Source: a virus
Lineage: Duplodnaviria; Caudoviricetes
IMG/VR virus record: IMGVR_UViG_3300023116_000045
Coordinates: 1 to 61,981 of that record
Reading direction: 5' to 3' (one strand)
Length of the DNA stretch: 61,981 nucleotides
The position numbers and the translations under genes were made by a program. Of the stretch, positions 46,595-56,488 are shown one piece after another. Under the pieces are notes generated by a model, which saw nothing but the letters and a program-made list of their open reading frames with translations, did not search any database and was not told where the DNA came from. Each line of letters starts with the position of its first letter. The first letter of the stretch is position 1.

Positions 46595-47892
46595 CAGAAT
46601 CCTCCCTTCTTACCAAACGAGTCTCTGACCAACCCAAGACTGGTGAAACAATCATTGCTTGTAATGCGATGACAGACGTGAGCGACCATATATTTACCAC
46701 CAGTTTGTTTGTTTTTCTCTTTGTTTTCTTTTGCCTCAACCTCTGGGAACGTACACTCAATCATATCTCCTGCCTTAATGCTGAAGTCACCAGGAATAAT
46801 CACATTTGTTTGAACGGTGAACATCTGATTATATCTCATAATGGTCTGAACCATTGTTTCTTCAATCTTGTAATTGTCCTCTGGTTGTTGTTTGAAGTTA
46901 TCCAGTTGCTCATCACCTTTACCTTTTGGATTCACACCGTGATCCTTCAACATATGAAACAGACGACTGGGTTGTGAAATGAATTCTTTATTGACGTTGA
47001 TGTAATCTTTGCCTGCATTCTCTGCAGATCCCTCTTGTTCTTGAATGTCAAAATCAACTTTCTTATATTCCATTTTGTAAAAATCAAAGAAGAGAGACCT
47101 GTTGTTATAAGCACCAAAGGATAAGTTCTGTTCCATGTCAATATCGCTTGCGATCTCATATGAAACGATGTTTCCATCATATTCTGGTGGCAGATCACCT
47201 GTGTTATTATAAATGAATTTCTTAGTTGCGTCTTTTCCAAACAAATCATCAATGGACTTGAAGAACATTCCATCACGAGTCTGGAAGAATAAGAATCCAC
47301 CAGTCTTTTCTGCACCCTTTGTTGGCACTGCTTTGGATGCCAGGGTGGTTACAACATAAAATGGTTTGCGAGTGTTACCATAAAAGTTGTATTCAAATGA
47401 TGTTTCATCAACTTCAACACTTGCAGTTGTCTTAAGAACATCATTCAAAATTTCTTCAACATTGTCTGAGATCTTACCTTCATATCTCTTTGTAACTCTG
47501 GCAGATTCATTCAGAAAGAATTCTTTTGATGCAAATTCAAGAACATAAAGTTCTTGTTGTGTTCCTGGAGAACCATTTCTTACATTCTTGACGTAAAGAC
47601 CACCAGGGATTTCAATTTTATTCTTTTCCTCAGACGCATCAGAAACTTGAATGTTTGTTTTCTCACCACCACGAATGGGAAGGTCGTCTAGGACACCCTT
47701 TGATTCTTTGTCAATATCATTACCAGTTTCCAACACAATCGCTTTCGCTGTGATGAAATTGGAAAGAACGCTCTCGTAATAGTAATATTCCTGAATACCA
47801 TTGGTCAAGTCAATTTGCTTACTCCCTTCATTAGAAGTAATCGTAAATGACTTTATATCACCAGGTCCCGATTGTGGTTTTTGATTTGCCAT
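46594..47892 (-). CDS. baseplate hub protein (gp27-like)
   Basis: YYYESV...GFLFFQTRDGMFFKSID...IPGDFSIKAGD...GKYMV; position before gp5. Confidence 0.6.
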   Translation of the reverse strand: MANQKPQSGPGDIKSFTITSNEGSKQIDLTNGIQEYYYYESVLSNFITAKAIVLETGNDIDKESKGVLDDLPIRGGEKTNIQVSDASEEKNKIEIPGGLYVKNVRNGSPGTQQELYVLEFASKEFFLNESARVTKRYEGKISDNVEEILNDVLKTTASVEVDETSFEYNFYGNTRKPFYVVTTLASKAVPTKGAEKTGGFLFFQTRDGMFFKSIDDLFGKDATKKFIYNNTGDLPPEYDGNIVSYEIASDIDMEQNLSFGAYNNRSLFFDFYKMEYKKVDFDIQEQEGSAENAGKDYINVNKEFISQPSRLFHMLKDHGVNPKGKGDEQLDNFKQQPEDNYKIEETMVQTIMRYNQMFTVQTNVIIPGDFSIKAGDMIECTFPEVEAKENKEKNKQTGGKYMVAHVCHRITSNDCFTSLGLVRDSFGKKGGF

Positions 47893-50003
47893 TACATTTG
47901 ATAAAGGGATCCGAGTCTGCTAGCACGAGACCACATATTATTATTTAACCCACCTGAAGAAGTTGCTCCCGCAGGTTTCTGTTGCATTGGTGGGGTGTTA
48001 TCGATGGGAACAGGGATAACTTTTGGTTTCGGTCTCTGATAAGAAGGAGTTGTGGAAACACTTTGTGCTCTGGTGTCACCTGTGGACGGACTAATCTGAA
48101 CTGTTCCAGACTTTGCTCCTCTGATGTCACCGTGACCTGTTCGCCCAATCTCTTTACCTTGAGCATCATACATTACAACGTAAGCACCATATCTTCCACC
48201 AGAACCATACTGAACAGATCCACCTGCTTCTGTTGGGACAAAGATCTCTGCTCCCTCTGCAGATTTGCCGAATCTAGTTTCACTTGCTTGTGGAATGTAA
48301 TAATCATAAGAAGCATAACCAGCACGAGGAGCGTGAGCACCAGCAGCTGCTTGAAGAAGTGCTGCCTTCTCTTGATAACTCATTGTGTGATCGTATCTTC
48401 TGCCAGCAACTGCCTGATTGGAGAACTCAATGACTCTTCCTTGTTTGGCATATGCCATTGACATCTGGTCAAAGTATTCAACTTTCTTCTGCATTGAAAG
48501 TTCTGATTTCAGTTTAGTGTCAATGTGATACTCGGAACTTCCACCAATGAAACGACTTGCTCCAGTCTTCAGTCCAGTTGCAAATGCTTGACCAGCTTGC
48601 CCCTGCTGCATTGGCGGAACATCATCAATGGTGGTTCTTCTAAACTGAACTCCAAATTTACTTTTTCCACCTCTAATTATGTTTGCTTCATCAGTTCTTC
48701 TGTGCTGGTTGAGTCCTTTACCATCTGGTTGCATGTCGTGCCTTCCAAGACGATTCTCAATGTCATCAGCCAACTTATTGTAATTACCAGTCTTGATACC
48801 TTCCATCACAAGTGCTTTGGTCTTACTATCAAGACTTCCATAGTTGAAAACGATAGATTCCAGAGCAGCCTTCACATTATTGGGAAGTTTGTTGTAATTT
48901 TCTTCTCCAATCTGTCTTGTAAGTCTCCCTCTGTGCTCTCTGATGTGTGCCTCTTTAATTTGGAGTGCCTCTTCTTCAGTAATCACATCTCCCATCTTAA
49001 CAGCGCCTTGGAGTCTAAAACCCTTAGGATAATAAGTTGCACCCATTCCAATGGTAGGAATTCCTTTTGAATCTTTATATGCTTTTGTTCTAAGTCCCTC
49101 ATAATTCTTGAGAAGTTTTGCCAAATTTCTATCATAAGTGGCATCAGGAGCAGATCCAGGTCCCAGTCTTCCGCCAGGTGCTGGGCGACTTCTGGTTCCA
49201 CCTTGTTGCATTGGCGGAACATCATCAATGTTTCCACTAGACAAATACTTTACTTGTCTTTCGAGTTCTGGGAACATTCCTTCAAACTCTCTGAGTTTTT
49301 CTTTGAGAGTGTCCAATCCTGCTTTAATTGGTGGGAAAGCAGCAATTTCTTTCACCATCTTTGCGCCTTGATTTGCAGTCCACTTGAGGAAACTCCAAAC
49401 AGGAACAAGAACCCAATCTTTTAGAGCATTCCACACAGGTTCGATTACATCTAAAACTTCACCAACAATTCTCTTGATTGTCTCATACTGCTCGACAAGG
49501 AAAGTAACAAGAGATCCCAGTGCGACATTAAACACAAACCTCTTGAACATTTCCAAGAAATTCTGTGCTGGTTTCTTTACAAAACCGAGGGCAGCACCAG
49601 CAACTGCACCTGCAGCAGTACCCAACATATTGCGCTTGGCAATAACCGCTGCTTTTCTTTTCTTTTCCGCTGTTTGTTTCTTGAAACCAACAAAAGACTT
49701 CAGACTTGCCTCAAGACCTGCGGCACTCTGTGCAACATTTTCCAGTGCATTATCCAGGTTAGGATTTCCAGTCTTAGAAACTTTGGGTTTTGCGACTGGA
49801 ACAATAGCAGTTGTGGAAACAGCACCACCAGTCGCATAACCCTCACCTGGTTTGTAATCTGGTCTTCGGTAATCAGCAGGTGGTAATATCTTCTGTGCCA
49901 TCTGCTGTCCAGACTGTGGTTGCTCAGGAGGTTTTGGTGGTTTCTTACCGCCACCCATTCCCTTGGCAATTCCTCCAATAATGCTCGCAATTCCTAATGC
50001 CAT
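47892..50003 (-). CDS. tail/hub protein carrying a GH24 lysozyme domain
   Basis: YEGLRTKAYKDSKGIPTIGMG (E-x8-D-x5-T triad), ALESIVFNYG, RRTDEA. Confidence 0.75.
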   Translation of the reverse strand: MALGIASIIGGIAKGMGGGKKPPKPPEQPQSGQQMAQKILPPADYRRPDYKPGEGYATGGAVSTTAIVPVAKPKVSKTGNPNLDNALENVAQSAAGLEASLKSFVGFKKQTAEKKRKAAVIAKRNMLGTAAGAVAGAALGFVKKPAQNFLEMFKRFVFNVALGSLVTFLVEQYETIKRIVGEVLDVIEPVWNALKDWVLVPVWSFLKWTANQGAKMVKEIAAFPPIKAGLDTLKEKLREFEGMFPELERQVKYLSSGNIDDVPPMQQGGTRSRPAPGGRLGPGSAPDATYDRNLAKLLKNYEGLRTKAYKDSKGIPTIGMGATYYPKGFRLQGAVKMGDVITEEEALQIKEAHIREHRGRLTRQIGEENYNKLPNNVKAALESIVFNYGSLDSKTKALVMEGIKTGNYNKLADDIENRLGRHDMQPDGKGLNQHRRTDEANIIRGGKSKFGVQFRRTTIDDVPPMQQGQAGQAFATGLKTGASRFIGGSSEYHIDTKLKSELSMQKKVEYFDQMSMAYAKQGRVIEFSNQAVAGRRYDHTMSYQEKAALLQAAAGAHAPRAGYASYDYYIPQASETRFGKSAEGAEIFVPTEAGGSVQYGSGGRYGAYVVMYDAQGKEIGRTGHGDIRGAKSGTVQISPSTGDTRAQSVSTTPSYQRPKPKVIPVPIDNTPPMQQKPAGATSSGGLNNNMWSRASRLGSLYQM

Positions 50004-50006
50004 GGT

Positions 50007-51821
50007 TTATGAAGGTGAGTTGTAAACACCAGAGGTCATAAAGATGTTATCGTTCGTCAGATCGACCGCAGAGAACGAGGGTGCTTCCTGTTGGTCAGCC
50101 GAAGCACCAGCAGTCATTCCACCATTTGCCATAGCAGCTTTCAGTTCTTCCATCTGAGAAACAGTTGATCCACCACCAAAATAATCAACAGCGGAAAGAT
50201 TCATTTCCTGCAACTTTTGTGTTTGTAATTGGGTTCTCTTGATGTCACCAGTAATTTTGCTGTAAGTGGCATCTTTCTGTGCAGTGGACTTAATGTCAAA
50301 TGAAGGTGGTTTCACGGAAGGAATTCCAAGTTCATGATCAAATTCCAGTTGAGATACATCATATCCCTCAAACATTCCACCTGGTTGAGTAGATTTCAAG
50401 ATTTCGGCATCAACTTGTGCCTGGGTCATGCCGCTGCCATATGTGGCTTCTTGTAAATTTGCACCTAGGTTTGACAATGCTCCTGAAAGACCAGTTCCAG
50501 GTTTCTCAAAATGAGTATCATCTTTTTCTACTCTTCCCTCACGCATCTGAAGTTGTTTCAAATCTTGATCTGTAATTCCCAACTTTTGGAACAACTCAGT
50601 CACTTTCTTCTGTTGTTCTGCTTTCTTCTTCTCCAGTTCGGGAATTACTTTATCAAATCTGATATCACCACTTGCTTGTGCTTGTTTCTTATTATAAAGA
50701 TCATCATTGATGCGTTTCTGTTCCTTCATCGCATCCATCAAATCATCAAATGGTTTGCTCTGCTGTTGAATAACTTCAGATGACATTCCACTCATTGTCA
50801 TAAAAGTTTTTCTTTCTTCTCTCAGATCCTGAATGTCTGAGAATGAGAACTGATTTCCTGCCGCTGTTGTTCCTTTTCCACCGATGAGTTCTTGACCTGC
50901 AAGTTCAACCTTTTGACCAACATCTGCGATTGCTTTTGTTCCTGCAATAATTCCCAATCCAGCAAGAACAACTGGATTTGTTGCCAGTGAAACAACAAGA
51001 CCCAAGAGTGTAGTGGTAAGAGAAATAAGAGTTGTGATCAATCCAGCAAGTTTTATTCCAATTCCAATACCCAGGAGAGCAATGATTCCTGTCATAATCT
51101 TGCCCATATGTTCTTCAAGGAAATTGAAGACTCCCAAGACCTTATCTTTATTTCCTTCGTCAGTCAACCATCCAACAACTGAACCAGCAGCAACGTTTCC
51201 AAGGAATGTTTTAATTCTGTCAAGAATTCCCATTGCTGGTTTCTTGACAGTGTTAATCACTGGGGAGGTCAATCCTCCAATAAGATCTTTTGCTCCCTTT
51301 AATCTATCTTTTTCTTCATCCTGTCTTTTTGCGGTGACAGCACCTTGTCTTTGTCTCTCGGCAGTTTGTCTCTCAACACCCAGAAGTTCAGTTATTGATT
51401 TCGCAACATTATTAAGTGAATTAGCAACAGCGTTGAGTGAATTTGCAATGACATCAAAGACAGATTTCTTCTGTACTTGTTGCTGTTGTTTATTCTTTGC
51501 ACTTGACGACAGAAGAGTCTGTCCAACCGTGAGTGCTCCTCCTCTAACACCAACACTTCCAGGCAATGCCTTTGGTGAGATGAAGGACTTCGCAGCATCA
51601 ACGCTTGGTTTCCTCGTTCTTCCAGTTCTCCCTGCTCTTACTTTCTTTACTTCTTCAAGGAGAGTGAGAATTCTGTCATCTCCAGCACCCTTAGTCTTAA
51701 ACTGAATGGTTGTGATTGCTTCCTTCAGCGCACTCAGATAACCCTCCTCGGATGAAATGTCATCCAGGTCGAATCCCATCTCCATTAGGATTTCGATTGG
51801 GTCAGCTGCAACCTTAGCCAT
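50007..51821 (-). CDS. tape-measure/baseplate hub-like helical protein
   Basis: long helical protein with a central hydrophobic stretch; follows gp51. Confidence 0.55.
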   Translation of the reverse strand: MAKVAADPIEILMEMGFDLDDISSEEGYLSALKEAITTIQFKTKGAGDDRILTLLEEVKKVRAGRTGRTRKPSVDAAKSFISPKALPGSVGVRGGALTVGQTLLSSSAKNKQQQQVQKKSVFDVIANSLNAVANSLNNVAKSITELLGVERQTAERQRQGAVTAKRQDEEKDRLKGAKDLIGGLTSPVINTVKKPAMGILDRIKTFLGNVAAGSVVGWLTDEGNKDKVLGVFNFLEEHMGKIMTGIIALLGIGIGIKLAGLITTLISLTTTLLGLVVSLATNPVVLAGLGIIAGTKAIADVGQKVELAGQELIGGKGTTAAGNQFSFSDIQDLREERKTFMTMSGMSSEVIQQQSKPFDDLMDAMKEQKRINDDLYNKKQAQASGDIRFDKVIPELEKKKAEQQKKVTELFQKLGITDQDLKQLQMREGRVEKDDTHFEKPGTGLSGALSNLGANLQEATYGSGMTQAQVDAEILKSTQPGGMFEGYDVSQLEFDHELGIPSVKPPSFDIKSTAQKDATYSKITGDIKRTQLQTQKLQEMNLSAVDYFGGGSTVSQMEELKAAMANGGMTAGASADQQEAPSFSAVDLTNDNIFMTSGVYNSPS

Positions 51822-51987
51822 TTTGACGCATCTTTTCGTTTTCTTCTTCGATGTGTTGCTGGAGAAGTGCTACATAAATGTCCCTTTCCCAGGGCATTAG
51901 ATTCTCAATCTCAGTCAAAGAGTATTTATGGTACTGTAGGAGGGCAAAATTAAGTTTGAAGTAATTTTCCAGATCCATATGGATCAT
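51814..51987 (-). CDS. gp51: baseplate hub assembly catalyst gp51 (not in ORF track)
   Basis: read manually as MDLENYFKLNFALLQYHKYSLTEIENLMPWERDIYVALL; directly after gp26. Confidence 0.85.
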   Translation of the reverse strand: MIHMDLENYFKLNFALLQYHKYSLTEIENLMPWERDIYVALLQQHIEEENEKMRQNG

Positions 51988-51989
51988 AC

Positions 51990-52709
51990 CTATGCGAAAA
52001 AAGACTGCAAACCCTCCAACACGACAGAACTCTTTACACCAGTCTTTGGATTAGTCACCTCAACGGTGTGACTCAGTTTCGGCATTGTGTCAAAGAACTT
52101 TTCAATCTGCTTAAACTGAGAGGAGTTCATTTGTTCTAAGAACTCAACCAATTCTTTCTTAGTGCAGTCTTGTGCTGCCCAAACTTCTTCCTCGTTGTAG
52201 ATCTTATCGATGCAGGATGCAATCAGTTCAAATGATTGGTCCAGTGTGGCATCACCGCCAAAGTCAAAGTTATTCTTAATGAATTGATCAAGAGATGGAT
52301 ACTTCATATCCATCATCAAAGTGTCATCCAACTGAATTCTCTTATTGTGGTCCTCACTTTCCTGAACCTCAATCTCTTCGATGTCAAGAGTGATGTCAAT
52401 TGGAGTTACTCCGTCATCAGGAGCAGTGATGGTCACATCAACAATCTCACCAACAGACTTCGCACGAATATTAAGAAACAAGAATTCAATGTCAAAGGTT
52501 GGAAGAGTCTCAATCTTTACTCCTCTGGATTGGATGCAACCTTTCAGAACCTGCTTGATTGCGGTTGTGATTTGCTTTGTATCTTGAGTCTCCAAAGCAA
52601 GAACCAGAAGTTTCTCTTCCTTCACCAGGAAGGGACGATATTTGATTGTCTTCTTTGTCGAAGGCAGTTTCAACTCATAAGAAGGAGTTGCAATTGTTGG
52701 TAAAGGCAT
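51990..52709 (-). CDS. gp26: baseplate hub subunit gp26
   Basis: MPLP...YRPFLVKEEKLL...FDIEFLFLNIRAKSVGE...FFDTMPKL. Confidence 0.9.
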   Translation of the reverse strand: MPLPTIATPSYELKLPSTKKTIKYRPFLVKEEKLLVLALETQDTKQITTAIKQVLKGCIQSRGVKIETLPTFDIEFLFLNIRAKSVGEIVDVTITAPDDGVTPIDITLDIEEIEVQESEDHNKRIQLDDTLMMDMKYPSLDQFIKNNFDFGGDATLDQSFELIASCIDKIYNEEEVWAAQDCTKKELVEFLEQMNSSQFKQIEKFFDTMPKLSHTVEVTNPKTGVKSSVVLEGLQSFFA

Positions 52710-52731
52710 TATGTAAGATCAGGTGAGTTAT

Positions 52732-53406
52732 TTAGCCGATGACACTCCGTTCACAAACGTAACGAATGTAGTCCAGTCTAACTGAGTAAGACAGTATCTG
52801 ACTGTTATTATAAGATACTACAGAGGGAATGATTGAGAGTGGGAAAGCACCAACGAAGGTGTAATCCAGTCTGTAAGAGGGGGTGTCACCGAGACCAAAA
52901 GTTCTGTTGAGATTATCAACATTCTTCTCGAACTTTGTGATGTAAACTTGATCCGAACGATAAGACTTCGGATAATTCATTCTGTAGTTTGCATACCTGT
53001 CAACATAAGCATTCTGGTCTTGTGCGTTCTTTCCAGCAATGAAATCAATCCACCCCTCAAAGAACTGAACAACATCATACTTATAATTCACATTGAATGT
53101 GAATTGAATTGCTTCATCATATGCTTGTCTGTATGCCATTTTCTCAGACACACCGATGTAATCATTGGCAACATCGATTGTGCTCAACTTATGACCTGGG
53201 AGTCTTGTCTCAGTGCACTGCAGTTCGATTCCCTCACCATCTGCTGCATAATTGACACCTCTTTCATTCAGATAAGCAGCAACCAGAGCAGGTGGTTGAA
53301 TCTTAACTGTGAAGACAGAAGTTTGTGCGAGATTTAGAAATCGACTGGTGAGTTCTGTCGTTCCAACTCTGCGTGGTCTTGGCGCACCAGATCCTGTGGA
53401 TGCCAT
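52732..53406 (-). CDS. tail-tube-like protein (gp19/gp54 fold)
   Basis: LQCTETRLPG...FFEGWIDFI...YTFVGAFP. Confidence 0.65.
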   Translation of the reverse strand: MASTGSGAPRPRRVGTTELTSRFLNLAQTSVFTVKIQPPALVAAYLNERGVNYAADGEGIELQCTETRLPGHKLSTIDVANDYIGVSEKMAYRQAYDEAIQFTFNVNYKYDVVQFFEGWIDFIAGKNAQDQNAYVDRYANYRMNYPKSYRSDQVYITKFEKNVDNLNRTFGLGDTPSYRLDYTFVGAFPLSIIPSVVSYNNSQILSYSVRLDYIRYVCERSVIG

Positions 53407-53407
53407 T

Positions 53408-53415
53408 TATAAATA
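53408..53415 (+). promoter_or_regulatory. T4-type late promoter TATAAATA
   Basis: perfect gp55 consensus upstream of gp4; a divergent CTAAATA lies at ~53432-53438. Confidence 0.75.
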
Positions 53416-53443
53416 TGGATACTTATGTGATTATTTAGTGGGT

Positions 53444-53938
53444 ATGGCGGAGAGTTGTAAATCACTTTTCAAACCGAGTAACCCATCTAAGTATCAGGGA
53501 AACCCAAATAACATTATTTGTCGTTCATCCTGGGAACGACGCTTTTGTATGTGGTGCGACACAAATGAAAGTGTCCTTCAGTGGGCAAGTGAAGAGTTTA
53601 GCATCCCTTACATAAAACCAACTGATGGGAGAGTTCATCGTTATTATCCTGACTTCCTCTGTAAGGTAAAACAAGCAGACGGAACAATCAAAAACTGGAT
53701 TGTTGAGGTGAAACCAAAGAAGCAGTGCTCTGCTCCTGTTCAGGGTAAAAGAGTCACTAAATCTTATCTTTATGAGTGTGCTCAATATGCTGTCAATCAA
53801 GCAAAATGGAAAGCAGCGGAAGAGTTTGCTCTTGATAATAATGCAGTCTTCAAAATCATCACAGAAGAGGAGTTGGGTTTAGATGGCAACAAACGTCGAA
53901 ACTCTAAAACAAGAAGAGTACCTCGGAAGCGAAACTGA
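53444..53938 (+). CDS. gp4: head completion nuclease gp4
   Basis: KYQGNP..IICRSSWE...WASEE...HRYYPDF...EVKP...NQAKW. Confidence 0.9.
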   Translation: MAESCKSLFKPSNPSKYQGNPNNIICRSSWERRFCMWCDTNESVLQWASEEFSIPYIKPTDGRVHRYYPDFLCKVKQADGTIKNWIVEVKPKKQCSAPVQGKRVTKSYLYECAQYAVNQAKWKAAEEFALDNNAVFKIITEEELGLDGNKRRNSKTRRVPRKRN

Positions 53939-54287
53939 CAGACTTGGAACAGGTGAGGCTGATCGCATCACTAACATGGGTGGAACACCCGACGATAGGA
54001 TGACTGAGTTGTTGGAATTGTTAGACCATTATGAGGTTGCACCCACTGTTGGGAGATATTATACCTTTATATATAGTGCAAAAACACCAGGAATTCGATA
54101 TGATGAATTTCCACTCATTGCTTGCACTGGTGTTTACCCTTGGGGGTTTAGTGGATTGAACTATCACTGGGGTGATTTTCACAATTACACTTGGGAAGAA
54201 TTGGGAAGTTATCTTTACCTCATTTATCCCAACGAACTGGAAGAAGCAAGAACCATTCCATATCAGAAAATTGTTCTAAATAGGTAA
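53883..54287 (+). CDS. DNA end-protector gp2-like protein
   Basis: GRYYTFIYSAKT...YDEFPLI...FSGLNYHW; synteny with gp4. Confidence 0.6.
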   Translation: MATNVETLKQEEYLGSETDRLGTGEADRITNMGGTPDDRMTELLELLDHYEVAPTVGRYYTFIYSAKTPGIRYDEFPLIACTGVYPWGFSGLNYHWGDFHNYTWEELGSYLYLIYPNELEEARTIPYQKIVLNR

Positions 54288-54304
54288 AAGACCAGTTCTT
54301 ATAA

Positions 54305-55744
54305 ATGGCAACAACCATCGCATCATCAAGAATATGGAATGGTCTTAAGGTAGACGAGACCACCTACATCGAGACTGGAAAGATTGAACTCAACTCGACT
54401 GGTGGGTCATTGCTTGCCTCATCGAGTGATTACAACTGGGAAATCGAAGACACAGAACTCTTCACAAGACTTTATAACAACAGAGCAAGATATCAAGCAC
54501 AACTGACAACCACAGAATTCGAAAAAACATTCTTCAACGAAGGGAAAAATCTCTTCAACGTTGATCGTGCTGCTGTCCTCAACGACAAGTCAAATTATTC
54601 AAACCTGATCGCAGCAGATAATAATCAGTTGCAGTTTTTTAACAACAAAATTCCTGGTCTGCAACATCCAATAACTGGTCAAGTCGTAAACAATGACGGA
54701 TCATTTACAGATGGCAATCCTTTTGGTCAACCTCCACAGTCTCTAAACAATGGAGTTCCAACTGAATTCGGGACTGCCTCACTTCCTAATGATCAACTAA
54801 AAGTTGGTGCAGTTCCAGGTCAAGACACTGAGGGAACTGTTGATCTTCCAGGAGGAAGGGCAGCAAGAAGTGGTGGGTTCCAAAGTATGAGATATCCCAT
54901 CAACACCAGTGCTCAGTTCCCTGGTGATTACCTCAAAATCACTTCTCACAAGTATAAAGCAAGAGGAGCAAGAAACCCAAATTATGTTCCAGGAAGTGCG
55001 ATTGGTGGAACCGCTCAAGACAGACTTGGAACAGCAATTGGAAGCGTTCTCCTCCCACTTCAAGCAGGATTAGCAGAAAAGAATGTTGTTTCTTATGAGG
55101 GAGAAACTCTGAACTTCATCGAAGCGGCATTTGGTGATGCTGCTTTTAAAATGATCGACATTGGTTCTGACAATCCAGCAAACGTGGTTGGAATGGCAAA
55201 AGCAGGAGTCAACTCCCTCATGGGAAGTTACAAAAAGGCAGCAGAAGACCCAGGACTAAAGAATTATCTGCAGGCATACTTTGCTGGACAGGCAATTGGC
55301 AAAAACCTCAGAAGACGACTGACTGGTCAAATTGCCAACCCAAACCTTGAGTTGTTCTTCAAGTCACCAACACTCAGAAACTTCGCTTTTACGTTTAAAC
55401 TGACACCCCGTGAAAGTAGGGAAGCAGCGGAAATCAAGAGAATCATCAAATTCTTCAAAAAGAGTATGAATCCAAGAAAATCAGGATCTGAGGCATTCCT
55501 CTTCACTCCTGACATTTTCCAACTTCAGTACATTTATCAGGAGTCGGGACAACACCCATTCTTGCACAAATTCAAACCAGTTGCTCTAACGAGTTTTGAC
55601 GTGAGATACGGCAATTCGACCGAATACATGACTTATGGTGAAGATGGTTCGATGCCAACTTATCAAATTTCCCTGGCATTCAAAGAACTTGAGCCTCTTT
55701 ATGATAATGACTTTGACACCGAATCAGACGATATGGGGTTCTAA
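54305..55744 (+). CDS. gp48: baseplate tail-tube cap gp48
   Basis: NPNLELFFKSPTLRNFAFTFKLTPR...IIKFFK...FKELEP. Confidence 0.85.
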   Translation: MATTIASSRIWNGLKVDETTYIETGKIELNSTGGSLLASSSDYNWEIEDTELFTRLYNNRARYQAQLTTTEFEKTFFNEGKNLFNVDRAAVLNDKSNYSNLIAADNNQLQFFNNKIPGLQHPITGQVVNNDGSFTDGNPFGQPPQSLNNGVPTEFGTASLPNDQLKVGAVPGQDTEGTVDLPGGRAARSGGFQSMRYPINTSAQFPGDYLKITSHKYKARGARNPNYVPGSAIGGTAQDRLGTAIGSVLLPLQAGLAEKNVVSYEGETLNFIEAAFGDAAFKMIDIGSDNPANVVGMAKAGVNSLMGSYKKAAEDPGLKNYLQAYFAGQAIGKNLRRRLTGQIANPNLELFFKSPTLRNFAFTFKLTPRESREAAEIKRIIKFFKKSMNPRKSGSEAFLFTPDIFQLQYIYQESGQHPFLHKFKPVALTSFDVRYGNSTEYMTYGEDGSMPTYQISLAFKELEPLYDNDFDTESDDMGF

Positions 55745-55747
55745 CCA

Positions 55748-56416
55748 ATGGCACAGTATTTCGATTACGTTCCTAACTTTGAGTACGTCAGTCGCCTGAC
55801 TGATGCCAAAAAGATCAATGATTACGTTGAGGTCAAAAACCTCTTCAAGCGTGGAATCATTCGTTCTGACATTTTTGAGAATCTGGCATATTTCAACAAA
55901 TATAAGATTATTGGAGATGAGCGTCCAGATGAGGTTGCGAACAAGATTTACAATGATTCCGATCTTGACTGGTTGGTGCTTCTTTCCAATAATGTGATCA
56001 ATCAGGTCGAAGAGTGGCCTTTGGACCAACAGTCTTTCCAGAACTATTTGGTCTCAAAGTACGGATCTGAAGAAAACATCTATGCAGTTCATCATTACGA
56101 AAGTGATGAAATCAAGGATTCTGTCGGAAGAGTTGTTTTCCCTGGAAAACTCGAAGTTCCACAAAACATCTCAATTACCTACTATGACAGTGGATTGGGA
56201 GAAGAGAGAATTTCGACTTCTTTCACTTATGCGGTGACTAATTACACTTATGAAGAAAGGAAGCAAAATGACAGAAGAAACATTTATGTAATCAAAGCAG
56301 AATATGTCGGATTAATTATTGACAACCTTGAAGAGATAATGCCTTATCAACAGGGATCCTCACAATACGTTTCTCCATCGGTTACACGCGGAGATAACAT
56401 CAGATTATACACGTAG
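55748..56416 (+). CDS. gp53: baseplate wedge subunit gp53
   Basis: YF...GDERPDEVANKIY...WLVLLSN...WPL...HHYE. Confidence 0.9.
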   Translation: MAQYFDYVPNFEYVSRLTDAKKINDYVEVKNLFKRGIIRSDIFENLAYFNKYKIIGDERPDEVANKIYNDSDLDWLVLLSNNVINQVEEWPLDQQSFQNYLVSKYGSEENIYAVHHYESDEIKDSVGRVVFPGKLEVPQNISITYYDSGLGEERISTSFTYAVTNYTYEERKQNDRRNIYVIKAEYVGLIIDNLEEIMPYQQGSSQYVSPSVTRGDNIRLYT

Positions 56417-56431
56417 AAAAAGTAATAGGCA

Positions 56432-56467
56432 CAAAAAATGCCCAGAAAAAATTTCTGGGCTATTTTG
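56432..56467. terminator. bidirectional intrinsic terminator between convergent gp53 and gp32
   Basis: GCCCAGAAA-aaa-TTTCTGGGC flanked by an A-run and a T-run. Confidence 0.75.
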
Positions 56468-56488
56468 AAATCAAAAGCTGATTTTCCC

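Noticed and set aside
53444-53938. TnsA-like nuclease as a transposon gene
   Set aside because: Motifs and synteny fit the T4 core head-completion protein gp4; no other Tn7 genes or transposon ends
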